Of a stretch of DNA of 39,497 nt, positions 25,888 through 34,171 are shown in pieces. The stretch is taken from positions 1 to 39,497 of the forward strand of contig JBBSMV010000001.1 in assembly GCA_038232975.1 (NCBI GenBank). The letters are read 5' to 3'. Numbering within the stretch: the first letter of the stretch is position 1; every line of letters starts with the position of its first letter. The translations under genes were made by a program, and so were the position numbers. The notes below the pieces were generated by a model that was not told where the DNA came from, did no database searches, and worked only from the letters and a program-made list of their open reading frames with translations. The DNA comes from Rhodothermales bacterium. Its GTDB lineage: Bacteria > Bacteroidota > Rhodothermia > Rhodothermales > JANQRZ01.

Positions 25888-27002
25888 ACCGCTGGGATAA
25901 TGGAACGAGCAATGCTACTGTCGCTAACCCAGATGGTAGAATCGACATGATCATCATCTCCCGCAGAAGTACGCTGGGCAATGGAGATTACTTCAGGCAG
26001 ATCACGTCGTTCGGGTCGTGTCATCCAGACCCTGCCCCTTCACCATGCCTCGGAACGGACCAAGACGCCTTCGCGAGTGACCCGATCTTCTTCGGCACGA
26101 AGCAGGTGATCGATAATGCGTTCAACGGGTCCGGCGTGATCGGTGGATCACCAAGCGTCGGGGATATGCCCAATAACGTCGTCCACGAGATCGGCCACCG
26201 CCAGTTCGGCCTCTACCACGTCAACCCCGCCAGCAGTTACGACATTTTTAGCGTCATGACGAGCTGGCCCACCGGGAATTTGAAACCGATGAGCCTGGGG
26301 GACCGCCTGAAGCTCGGCTGGGTCACCCTCGACACGCTCGACGTCTCCACGCTCTCGCGCCAGACCGTCACGCTCGACGACACGTTCGAGGGCGGGCGTG
26401 CTCTGTATATCAAGGAAGGTGAACCTAGCCAAGGCGACGTATATATCGAAGCAAGAACAGGAGAGAACTTCTGGGACCGTCCCCCGGATGGCCAGAACTA
26501 CGACTTCGACGATACGGCGATCTACCTCGAAGAGCCGGGGCTCATGGTGTACAAGCGAAACTACAACGGCTCACAGTATTCGAGCATGGAGCGGACTCGG
26601 CTCGAAGAGAGGGAGTCATATTGGGAGCTCACACAGCCCCCCTTCCCCAATGCTGGTGCGCCCGTCTTCTTCACGCCGGGCTCTATGCTGTCGCCCTTCT
26701 CCGTATACCGTTTTCGCTTCGAGACCAGTCCGGATGTTGATGACGTCTTTGCGCTCACGGACATCGCAGAGACCACAACCGGATACTCATTCGACGTCTG
26801 GGGACACTATCCGACGATCAGCACCGAGGGTGTGAAAATCGTAAGCGAAGTCTCATCATTTGCCAACACGGCGGAGAATCGGAATCTAGCTTACAAAGGG
26901 GTATGGACGCTCGGTGGGAGCTTCGTCTTCACAGACAGCTTATACGCGGCTCCGACTACATCCAGCCTTGGCAATACCTACCCTAACATTATCAGTCCCT
27001 AA
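25623..27002 (+). pseudogene. fragment 2 of the disrupted gene (metalloprotease core, HEIGH)
   Basis: The frame is protein-like only from ~25721 (YKLEGYVYPQVYIPDHDPDWYINN...). It contains VVHEIGHRQFGLYHV (HExxH). It ends at a TAA created by the second copy of a 16-bp tandem duplication. Confidence 0.7.
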
Positions 27003-28812
27003 CATTATCAGTCTCGAAAAGGATGCACGCCTCGAAGTCCACAACTTCACGGCGACGGGTACCGCCGCCTACCCGGTGGTCTTTGAGCAGGCCAAGCCCG
27101 GTGATCGCTGGGACAGCATCGTCTTCGAAGGGTCGAACGCCGATTCCCATTACCTCCACCGCGTCCGCATCGAAGGGGGTACCACTGGAGCTCTCGTTCG
27201 CGCCCCCAATGCAGTCTTCGACCATGTGACCCTGGCTGGGAACAGCCTCGGCCTCATCACCGACTACGACTATAACTTCTGCGGCTCAGGCCAAAGCAGT
27301 AGCGCCTGCTCCGCACGCAGCGAACTTATCCTTTCGAACTCTGCCATCACCGGCTCCGTCGCCTCAGCCACGGGCTCAGTCTCTGGTCATGGTCTCGTCC
27401 TCCGGAATACCGTCGCCGAGGTCACCAATACCACCGTCACCGCCAATGATGGCTATGGTGTCATCGTCTGGAACGCGAGTGTCTGGCCCTTCACCGGCAA
27501 CACCGTCACCGCCAACGGCTTCCCGACGACGAACGCGCCATCGAGCGAAGACGGTATCCTCGTCCACGCCAACGGCGATCTCAAGATGAGCAGCAAGACT
27601 GTCAAGGGCTTCAACACGGTTTCCGGCAACAGCCGGAACCAGATTCAGGTCTTGAGTGGTGGTATCCTCTTCGTTGGGCAGGACGGCGGTGGCTACGTCA
27701 GCGCCGACAACTCGATCACGGCCGGCGCAGGGGGAAGCGTTCTCGTGCGCAACAACAGCGGTAGTCTGGTCAAGGCCGAGAACACCTGGTGGGGCGCGGC
27801 GAGCGGTCCGCCCGCCGGAGCCTTCGCCGGAGCCGGGCTGGTCGACGCGGTGCCGTTTCTCACGTTGGACCCCTCGATCTCAGCGCGGCAGAGTGGAGGC
27901 AGTGATGTGTTCTCAGAGGCTGTCGGCGGCTCGATGGAAGCCGGCCGCGAGATCGACGAGACGCTGCACGCGGAGCTGCTCGCGCTGCGCGACTCGCTCA
28001 GCCTAGCCCCCGAGGCACCGGAGGCCCCGGGCTGGGTGCGTGCGCTCTATCTCATCCAGCGGCTCGACCTCGACGACGTGCTCGGCGAGTACGGCGAGAC
28101 GGTGGCGCTCTTGACCGAGCTGCGCCAGAACCTCGACGACGAGGCGAGCCCGCCAGCGCTTCGGCGCACGGGTGAGGCCGCGCTCGCCGCCGAGGTCGCC
28201 GAGGGCCTGCTGCGCGAGGACTACGACGAGGCCGAGGCGCTGCTGGCGAGCTACGGCAACTCCGGGGTCGAGGAAGACCTGCTGGCGCTGACACTGAGCG
28301 CGGTGGCCTCGCACGAGCAGGCCGGGCGCTACGAGGCGGCGCTGGCGCTGCTGGCCGAGGCGATGGTGCTGGCTCCGGAGCAGGCGGCGGAGCTCGCGCT
28401 CGTGGCGGCCTTCGTTGCGGAGAGCCTGGAGGGAAGCCTGCAGGCGGGCAGTGGCCGGGAGGCCGGAAGCCAGACGATGCGCAGGGCGTCCGAGACGGCT
28501 CCGACAGCGTCGAGCCGGGAGGGCTCGCTGCCGCGCGACTATGCGCTGCAACCGGCCTACCCGAACCCGGCCTCGGGCGGGGCGACAGTGCCGTTCGCGC
28601 TGCCGGAGGCGGCGGACGTGCGGATCGTGGTCTACGACCTGCTCGGGCGCGAGGTGGCGGTGCTGGCCGAGGGGCTGCACGAGGCGGGGCGGCACGAGGC
28701 GCGCTTCGAGGCGTCGCAGCTGAGCGCGGGGGTGTACGTGATCCGGGCTCAGGTGGTGGCTGCCGGCGGCGCGGTGCGGGCGTTCACGCAGAAGCTCACG
28801 CTCGTCCGGTGA
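26914..28812 (+). pseudogene. fragment 3 of the disrupted gene (parallel beta-helix repeats, helical linker, T9SS C-terminal sorting domain)
   Basis: From 27013 the frame continues fragment 2 exactly if one 16-bp copy is removed (..PNIIS|LEKDARLEVHNF..). It has PbH1-like repeats (VTNTTVTANDGYGVIVWNASV, FTGNTVTANG...). The C-terminus is YPNPASGGATVPF...GVYVIRAQVV...FTQKLTLVR. This fragment has no signal peptide of its own. Confidence 0.7.
26981..27012 (+). repeat. perfect 16-bp tandem duplication (CCCTAACATTATCAGT x2) that frameshifts the gene
   Basis: Read directly: copy 1 is 26981-26996 and copy 2 is 26997-27012. The stop codon TAA at 27000-27002 lies inside copy 2. Confidence 0.95.
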
Positions 28813-28816
28813 GCGG

Positions 28817-28865
28817 CAGACCCGGAGGTCTGGGGCGGCGGGGAGGTTTCGGCCTCCCCACCGCC
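28817..28865. terminator. two adjacent GC hairpins between convergent genes (possible bidirectional terminator)
   Basis: CAGACC-CGGA-GGTCTG (28817-28832) and GGCGGGGAGG-TTTCGG-CCTCCCCACCGCC (28837-28865). There is no clear U-tract. Confidence 0.4.
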
Positions 28866-28893
28866 ATGCGTAACGTGCCCCACGCTCGGTGCC

Positions 28894-29895
28894 TCACGCT
28901 TCGGCGCGGGGTCCGGGTGGCGTGCCGGGCTGCATGAAGGCGGCGTCCCGGAACGCCTGCGCCTCGTCGATGAAGAGCTGCAGGTGCGGGAACGGGACCT
29001 CGATGTCGGCCTCGCGCAGCGCCTCCCGGACCTTTTCGAGGTACTCCCAGCGGATGGGCACCTCGAGCTTCGGGTCCTTCAGGAACAGCCGAAGCTCCAT
29101 GTCCACGCTCGACTCGTTCATCGCCGTCACGACGACCTGCGCCGGGTAGTCCGGGTGCAGCCGCTCGTCGCCCTCGGCCGTCTTCAGCACCACCTCGCGG
29201 GCCTCCTGCGGGTACTCCTTGTAGGCGATCCCGAACGGGACGACGACGCGGAGCACCCCGAGCAGCGTGTGGTTGATGACCTTCTGCTGGATCATCTGCG
29301 CGTTCGGGAGCACGGCCACCTCGTTGTTGAGCGTGCGGATGCGCGTCGAGCGGAGCGTGATCTCCTGCACCGCCCCGAACGTCCCCTCGACCTCGACGTT
29401 GTCGCCGACCCGGAAGGGCTGGTCCAGGAGGATCGTGATGCCGGAGATGAAGTTCTCGATCGTGTCGCGCGCCGCGAAGCCGAGCGCGATGCCGGCGATC
29501 CCGAGGCCGGCCACGAGCGCGCCGACGTTCATCCCGAGCTGGTCGAGCACGAGGATCGCCACGAACGAGAGCATCAGGAGGCGGAAGGACTTCATCAGGA
29601 GCTGCTGCACGCCGAGGTTGATCTTCCGGCTCCGGCGCAGCACGCGCTCCAGGAGGCCCGCCACCACGCGGTAGAGCAGCATGAACAGCAGCAGCGTCAG
29701 CAGCGCTGGGATCACCCCGTCGAGCACGAAGCTGACGACGGCCGTCGAGAACTGCTCGTAGACGTCGTCGAAGCGGCCCTCGCGCAGGGCGCGGCCGGTC
29801 TGCTGGATGTTCTCGGTGATCTGGGTGATCGCGTTCGCGGTGTCGGCACGCGCGGTGTCGGCGGCGAGCGAGTCGGCGAGGGGCGTCTGGGGCAT
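28894..29895 (-). CDS. mechanosensitive ion channel family protein (MscS-like)
   Basis: TM helices followed by GIAGIALGFAARDTIENFISGITILLDQPFRVGDNVEVEGTFGAVQEITLRSTRIRT, the conserved MscS pore-helix/beta-domain signature. Confidence 0.9.
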   Translation of the reverse strand: MPQTPLADSLAADTARADTANAITQITENIQQTGRALREGRFDDVYEQFSTAVVSFVLDGVIPALLTLLLFMLLYRVVAGLLERVLRRSRKINLGVQQLLMKSFRLLMLSFVAILVLDQLGMNVGALVAGLGIAGIALGFAARDTIENFISGITILLDQPFRVGDNVEVEGTFGAVQEITLRSTRIRTLNNEVAVLPNAQMIQQKVINHTLLGVLRVVVPFGIAYKEYPQEAREVVLKTAEGDERLHPDYPAQVVVTAMNESSVDMELRLFLKDPKLEVPIRWEYLEKVREALREADIEVPFPHLQLFIDEAQAFRDAAFMQPGTPPGPRAEA

Positions 29896-30007
29896 CGAGG
29901 AGGGGAGCGGGGAGGATAGGGGTGTGGGAGGATGTAAGGTCTACGTTCGGCGGCCGAGGCGACCTGCTCCCCCACTTCCGCACCCCTACCCCCGAGGGCG
30001 AAGCGCG

Positions 30008-30910
30008 CTAGGCCTCAACGGGGCCGGCGGCGCGTTCGTGCCTGCGCCGGGCGGCGTCGAGGGTGTTCTTCAGGAGCATCGCGATCGTCATCGGGCCGAC
30101 GCCGCCGGGGACGGGCGTGATCCACCCGGCCTTCCGGCGCACGGCCTCGAAGTCCACGTCGCCCTCGAGCCGGTAGCCGCGCTCGCGCGCCGGGTCGTCT
30201 ACGCGGTTGATCCCGACGTCGATCACCGCCGCGCCGGGCTTCACCATGTCGGCCGTCACGAAGCGGGCGCGGCCGATGGCGGCGACGAGGAGGTCGGCCT
30301 GGCGGGCGATCTCGGCGAGGCCGCGGGTTCGGCTGTGGCAGACGGTGACGGTCGCGTCGTGGCCGCGCCGCAGCAGCAGGTTGGCGAGCGGCTTGCCGAC
30401 GATGTTGCTCCGCCCGATCACGACGGCGCGGGCACCGCTCGTCTCGATCCCGCTGCGCGCGAGCATCTCGACGATCCCGGCCGGGGTGCAGGGCACGAAC
30501 CCCGGCTCGCCGAGCACGAGCCGCCCGACGTTCACCGGGTGGAAGCCGTCGACGTCCTTGTGCGGGTCGAGCGCGTGGATGACCTTGCGCTCCTCGACGT
30601 GGCCCGGCAGCGGGAGCTGGACCAGGATGCCGTCGACGTCCGGGGCGGCGTTGAGCTCGGCGATGAGCGCGAGCAGGTCCGGCTCGGGGAGGTCGTCCGG
30701 GAGGCGGAGGGTCTCGCTGTCGATCCCGGCCTCGGCGGCGGCGCGGACCTTCCCGCGCACGTAGGAGGCCGAGGCGGGGTGCTCGCCGACGAGGACGACC
30801 CGGAGCACCGGCGGGCGGTGGCCGGCCTGGGTCCAGTCCTCGACCCCGGCGCGCACGTCGGCGCGCACGTCGGCAGCGATGGCGTTCCCGTCGATCAAGT
30901 GGGCGGGCAT
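30008..30910 (-). CDS. folD: bifunctional methylenetetrahydrofolate dehydrogenase (NADP+)/methenyltetrahydrofolate cyclohydrolase
   Basis: LIDGNAIAADVR..., LRVVLVGEHPASASYVRGK, VIGRSNIVGKPLANLL and PVPGGVGPMTIAMLLKNT are canonical FolD motifs. Length is 300 aa. Confidence 0.95.
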   Translation of the reverse strand: MPAHLIDGNAIAADVRADVRAGVEDWTQAGHRPPVLRVVLVGEHPASASYVRGKVRAAAEAGIDSETLRLPDDLPEPDLLALIAELNAAPDVDGILVQLPLPGHVEERKVIHALDPHKDVDGFHPVNVGRLVLGEPGFVPCTPAGIVEMLARSGIETSGARAVVIGRSNIVGKPLANLLLRRGHDATVTVCHSRTRGLAEIARQADLLVAAIGRARFVTADMVKPGAAVIDVGINRVDDPARERGYRLEGDVDFEAVRRKAGWITPVPGGVGPMTIAMLLKNTLDAARRRHERAAGPVEA

Positions 30911-30912
30911 TT

Positions 30913-30943
30913 GAGAGTCGAAGGTCGGGAGTCGAGGGTCGGG
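30913..30943 (-). repeat. 7-nt-periodic CGAC tract in the folD leader
   Basis: On the plus strand GTCG occurs at 30917, 30924, 30931 and 30938 (an exact 7-nt period). In gene orientation it reads CCCGAC-CCTCGAC-TCCCGAC-CTTCGAC-TCTCAA-ATG. Confidence 0.85.
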
Positions 30944-31043
30944 AGCCGCCGGAAGCTACCGCCGAACGGGGCGACCGAACAGACCGGGGCTTCCTGCGTT
31001 CCGTAGCCCTCACTCCTCCAATCGCTCAATTCCCTGATTCCCC

Positions 31044-32117
31044 ATGCTGAAGGTCGGAATCCTCGGCGCGACGGGGGCCGTCGGCCAGACGTTCGTCGCC
31101 CTCCTCGACGGCCACCCGCAGTTCGAGATCACGGCGCTCGCGGCGTCGGAGCGCTCGGCGGGTCGGCCGTACTGCGAGGCGGCGAGCTGGATCGGCGCGC
31201 GCGAGATGCCGGAGGCCGTCGCCGGGCGCGAGGTCGTCCTCGCTGAGCCGGAGGCCCTCGGAGGCTGCGACTTCGTCTTCTCCGGCCTCGACGCCGCCGC
31301 CGCCGCCGACCTCGAACACCGCTTCGCCGAGGCCGGCATCCCGGTGATCTCGAATGCGAGGACGCACCGAATGGACCCGGCGGTGCCGCTGCTGATCCCC
31401 GAGGTCAACCCCGACCACACGGCGCTCCTCGACGGGCAGGCCGCGCCTGGATGGATCGTGACGAACCCGAACTGCTCGACGGTCGGCCTCGTGATGGCGC
31501 TGCGGCCGCTCGTGGACGCCTTCGGCGTCGAGGCGGTGCAGGTGGTCACGATGCAGGCGCTCTCGGGGGCGGGCTATCCGGGCGTCTCGGCGCTCGACGC
31601 GCTCGGCAACGTGGTCCCGTTCATCCCCGGCGAGGAGGAGAAGCTGGCGGCCGAGCCGCTGAAGCTCCTCGGCACGCTCGACGGCGACCACGTCCGCCCG
31701 GCTGACATCACGATCTCGGCGCAGTGTACGCGCGTGCCGGTGCTCGACGGGCACCTCGAATGCGTCTCGGTCAAGTTCAGCACGCCGGTCTCACCCGCTG
31801 AGGTTGCTGAGGCGCTCGCGTCGTTCGAGCCGCCGCCCGAGGTCCGCGGCCTGCCGACGGCCCCGGCGCGGCCGATCCGGGTGTTCGAGGACGAGCGCTT
31901 CCCGCAGCCGCGCCGCCACGCCGAGGCCGGCGGCGGGATGCAGGTCTCCGTTGGGCGCGTCCGCGCCTGCCCGGTCCTCGGGGTCAAGTTCGTCGTGCTC
32001 TCGCACAACACGGTCCGGGGCGCGGCCGGCGGCGCGGTCCTCAACGCCGAGCTGCTGCAGGCGCAGGGTCGCCTCACGCCCCGCGCCGTCGCCGCCGGAG
32101 CCGTCGCCGCCGGATGA
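31044..32117 (+). CDS. asd: aspartate-semialdehyde dehydrogenase
   Basis: MLKVGILGATGAVGQ (NAD(P)-binding), NPNCSTVGLVMALRPL (active-site Cys) and SAQCTRVPVLDGH. Length is 357 aa. Confidence 0.93.
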   Translation: MLKVGILGATGAVGQTFVALLDGHPQFEITALAASERSAGRPYCEAASWIGAREMPEAVAGREVVLAEPEALGGCDFVFSGLDAAAAADLEHRFAEAGIPVISNARTHRMDPAVPLLIPEVNPDHTALLDGQAAPGWIVTNPNCSTVGLVMALRPLVDAFGVEAVQVVTMQALSGAGYPGVSALDALGNVVPFIPGEEEKLAAEPLKLLGTLDGDHVRPADITISAQCTRVPVLDGHLECVSVKFSTPVSPAEVAEALASFEPPPEVRGLPTAPARPIRVFEDERFPQPRRHAEAGGGMQVSVGRVRACPVLGVKFVVLSHNTVRGAAGGAVLNAELLQAQGRLTPRAVAAGAVAAG

Positions 32118-32635
32118 CGGCTCCCGTCACGATCCGCCGCGCCCGCCGCGCCGACGCCGAGGCGGCCCTCGCGCTGTGGGCGCAGCTTCAGGCCGAGCAC
32201 ACCGCGCTCGACCCCCGCCACCGCCCGAGCGCCTCGGCGCGGGAGCGCTGGCGGAACGACTTCGGCGTGTGGACCGAGAGCGAGGCCCACCGCGTGTTCG
32301 TGGCCGAGCGCGAGGGCGAGGTCGTCGGCCTCGTGACGGCGCACCCGTTCTGGCCGGCCCCGGTCTACGAGCAGGAGATGGAGGTCTACGTCACCGAGCT
32401 CGTCGTGCGCGCGGACTGCCGGGACCTCGGCCTCGGCGCAAAGCTCCTGGCGGCGGTGCGGACCTGGGCGCAAGGAGCGGGCGTGACGCGCATCCGGGCA
32501 GGCGTCCTGAGCCGGAACGCGCGCGGCCGGGCGTTCTGGGCGCGCGAGGGGGCCGACGATCTGTTCACGACGGTGACGCTGCCGGTAGGGGATAGGGGAC
32601 AGTGCGGGAGTGAAGCTAACCGCGCCCGGTCCTGA
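32114..32635 (+). CDS. GNAT-family N-acetyltransferase
   Basis: IRRARRADAEA..., VFVAEREGEVVGLV, and ELVVRADCRDLGLGAKLLAAVRTWA (the acetyl-CoA binding R/Q-x-x-G-x-G/A). ATGA overlap with the asd stop codon. Confidence 0.85.
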   Translation: MTAPVTIRRARRADAEAALALWAQLQAEHTALDPRHRPSASARERWRNDFGVWTESEAHRVFVAEREGEVVGLVTAHPFWPAPVYEQEMEVYVTELVVRADCRDLGLGAKLLAAVRTWAQGAGVTRIRAGVLSRNARGRAFWAREGADDLFTTVTLPVGDRGQCGSEANRARS

Positions 32636-32636
32636 A

Positions 32637-32740
32637 GAACCGGGCTTACGAGTACGAGTGGGGAAGCCCCTCCGGGGCTGTTCATGGGGTGAGTTGTTTA
32701 GGGCGCTTTAGCGCCCTTCGTCTCGTAAGCCCGACGGTTC
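32637..32740 (+). repeat. nested inverted repeat (outer 16-bp arms enclosing two hairpins), possible terminator or small element
   Basis: GAACCGGGCTTACGAG (32637-32652) pairs with CTCGTAAGCCCG-ACG-GTTC (32722-32740). The inner hairpins are AGCCCC-TCC-GGGGCT (32665-32679) and AGGGCGCT-TT-AGCGCCCT (32700-32717). It starts 2 nt after the GNAT stop codon. Confidence 0.7.
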
Positions 32741-32808
32741 ACCACCGGGTGGGTTTCTCGCGGAGTGAGAGGTGCTATCTTCTCCATCCTCACCCACTCC
32801 AACCGATA

Positions 32809-33375
32809 ATGACCATGCCGCTCCGCCTTCTTTCCATGCTGGGCCTCGCGCTCGTCCTCGCCGTGCCCGCCCTCGCGCAGCAGCGCGGCAACGACGAGGC
32901 CCGGACCAGCCCCAACGCCGTCGTCGGCCAGACGATCGGTACGACCGAGGTAATGCTCACCTACGGCCGGCCGAGCGTGCGCGGCCGCGTCATCTTCGGC
33001 GACTCGCTGGGCGCTGAGCCGGTCCTCGTGCCCTATGGTGCCGTCTGGCGCACCGGGGCCAACGAGGCCACGACGATCACTTTCTCCGACGACGTGAGGG
33101 TCGAGGGGCAGCCGCTCGCCGCTGGCACCTACGCCCTGTTCACGATCCCCGGCGAGCAGACCTGGACCGTCGTCTTCAACCGCGTCGCCGAGCAGTGGGG
33201 AGCCTACGAGTACGACGCCGGCAGCGACGCGCTCCGCGTCACGGTCGGGGCCGAGCAGGGCGGCATGGACGAGATGATGATCTTCACCTTCGACGAGGTC
33301 AGCGACGACCAGGCCCGGCTCGTGCTGCACTGGGCCGACGCCGAGGTACCGCTCACGATCTCGACCGGCTCGTGA
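32809..33375 (+). CDS. DUF2911-domain secreted protein
   Basis: Start at MTMPLRLLSMLGLALVLAVPALAQQ (ATG 32809, G-poor leader). The motifs SPNAVVGQTIGTTEVMLTYGRPSVRGRVIFG...LVPYGAVWRTGANEATTITF...LAAGTYALFTIP match the DUF2911 pattern. Confidence 0.85.
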   Translation: MTMPLRLLSMLGLALVLAVPALAQQRGNDEARTSPNAVVGQTIGTTEVMLTYGRPSVRGRVIFGDSLGAEPVLVPYGAVWRTGANEATTITFSDDVRVEGQPLAAGTYALFTIPGEQTWTVVFNRVAEQWGAYEYDAGSDALRVTVGAEQGGMDEMMIFTFDEVSDDQARLVLHWADAEVPLTISTGS

Positions 33376-33668
33376 GACGGCCCGAGACCGTGCTCGACAG
33401 CGTGCAGGTGGACCCGAAGCCGACGGGCTGAACCCCGGCCCGATTGTCGCGGTTGGCGCATTGGGTGATGGGGAAATCCCCGAGGGCAAAATGCGGGCTT
33501 CCGCTGCTAGAAAGGACGGGCGGCGGTGGCTATATTGCGGACGCACCTCACCAAGCAGGAGGTCTGACTAGCCCCCGCTGGTTCCCCTCTAGGCGCTTTC
33601 TTGCGCCGCCTCCTGCCGATACGTCAGAGGCCGGTCCCCTTCCCCGCGGGCCGGCCTCTGGTACGTTA

Positions 33669-33773
33669 TGATACCACATCCGGTTGATCCGAATCACCCT
33701 GGCCGTAGGGACACGGCGTGCCGTGTCCACGCCGAGGTGCCACGGAGCCGGACACGATGCATCGTGTCCCTAC
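33669..33773 (+). repeat. REPIN-like 69-nt doublet (33705-33773) with TGATACC-type upstream flank
   Basis: TGATACCACATCCGGTTGATCCGAATCACCCTGGCC plus GTAGGGACACGGCGTGCCGTGTCC, then a 21-nt spacer, then GGACACGATGCATCGTGTCCCTAC. Confidence 0.85.
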
Positions 33774-33865
33774 GACTACCGGCCGAGGCCGAGGACAGAC
33801 CCATCCAATCTATCCGGATTGGGTATGAAGCCACGCTCGGCGTCGGCCACGAATGGCGTCTGCCA

Positions 33866-33900
33866 CGAAAAAGCCCGAGCCGGAAACCTCCGACTCGGGC
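33866..33900 (-). terminator. rho-independent terminator downstream of tRNA-Gly
   Basis: The minus strand reads GCCCGAGTCGG-AGGTTT-CCGGCTCGGGC followed by TTTTT. It begins 1 nt after the tRNA 3' end. Confidence 0.75.
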
Positions 33901-33901
33901 G

Positions 33902-33977
33902 TGGAGCGGAACACGGGACTCGAACCCGCGACCTCAACCTTGGCAAGGTTGCGCTCTACCAGCTGAGCTAGTTCCGC
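33902..33977 (-). tRNA. tRNA-Gly (anticodon GCC), CCA encoded
   Basis: The minus strand reads GCGGAAC-TA-GCTC-AGCTGGTA-GAGC-G-CAACC-TTGCCAA-GGTTG-AGGTC-GCGGG-TTCGAGT-CCCGT-GTTCCGC-T-CCA. This is a complete cloverleaf of 76 nt. Confidence 0.95.
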
Positions 33978-34171
33978 CTGCGACCCCCAAAATACGATGT
34001 ACTCGGCCCCGCTGTCAAGCGCTCTGCGTGGGGGCCAAGCCCGCTGCACCTGGCTTTCGCCGGATATCCACGGGCACGCGCTCAAGCCCGGCGGACTCGC
34101 CCGGACGAGCCGGTGGGCCGTACCTTTGCGCCGAACCGGCGCTGCGCCGAACCGACACGCTGCTCACCCCT

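Noticed and set aside
33668-34171. N-terminal extensions of the 344-aa and 585-aa plus-strand ORFs upstream of the DinB-like and MBL genes.
   Set aside because: The extensions run through the REPIN-like element, the tRNA-Gly gene (opposite strand) and the composite repeat. Recognisable protein sequence and G-poor leaders begin only at ATG 34172 and ATG 34834.
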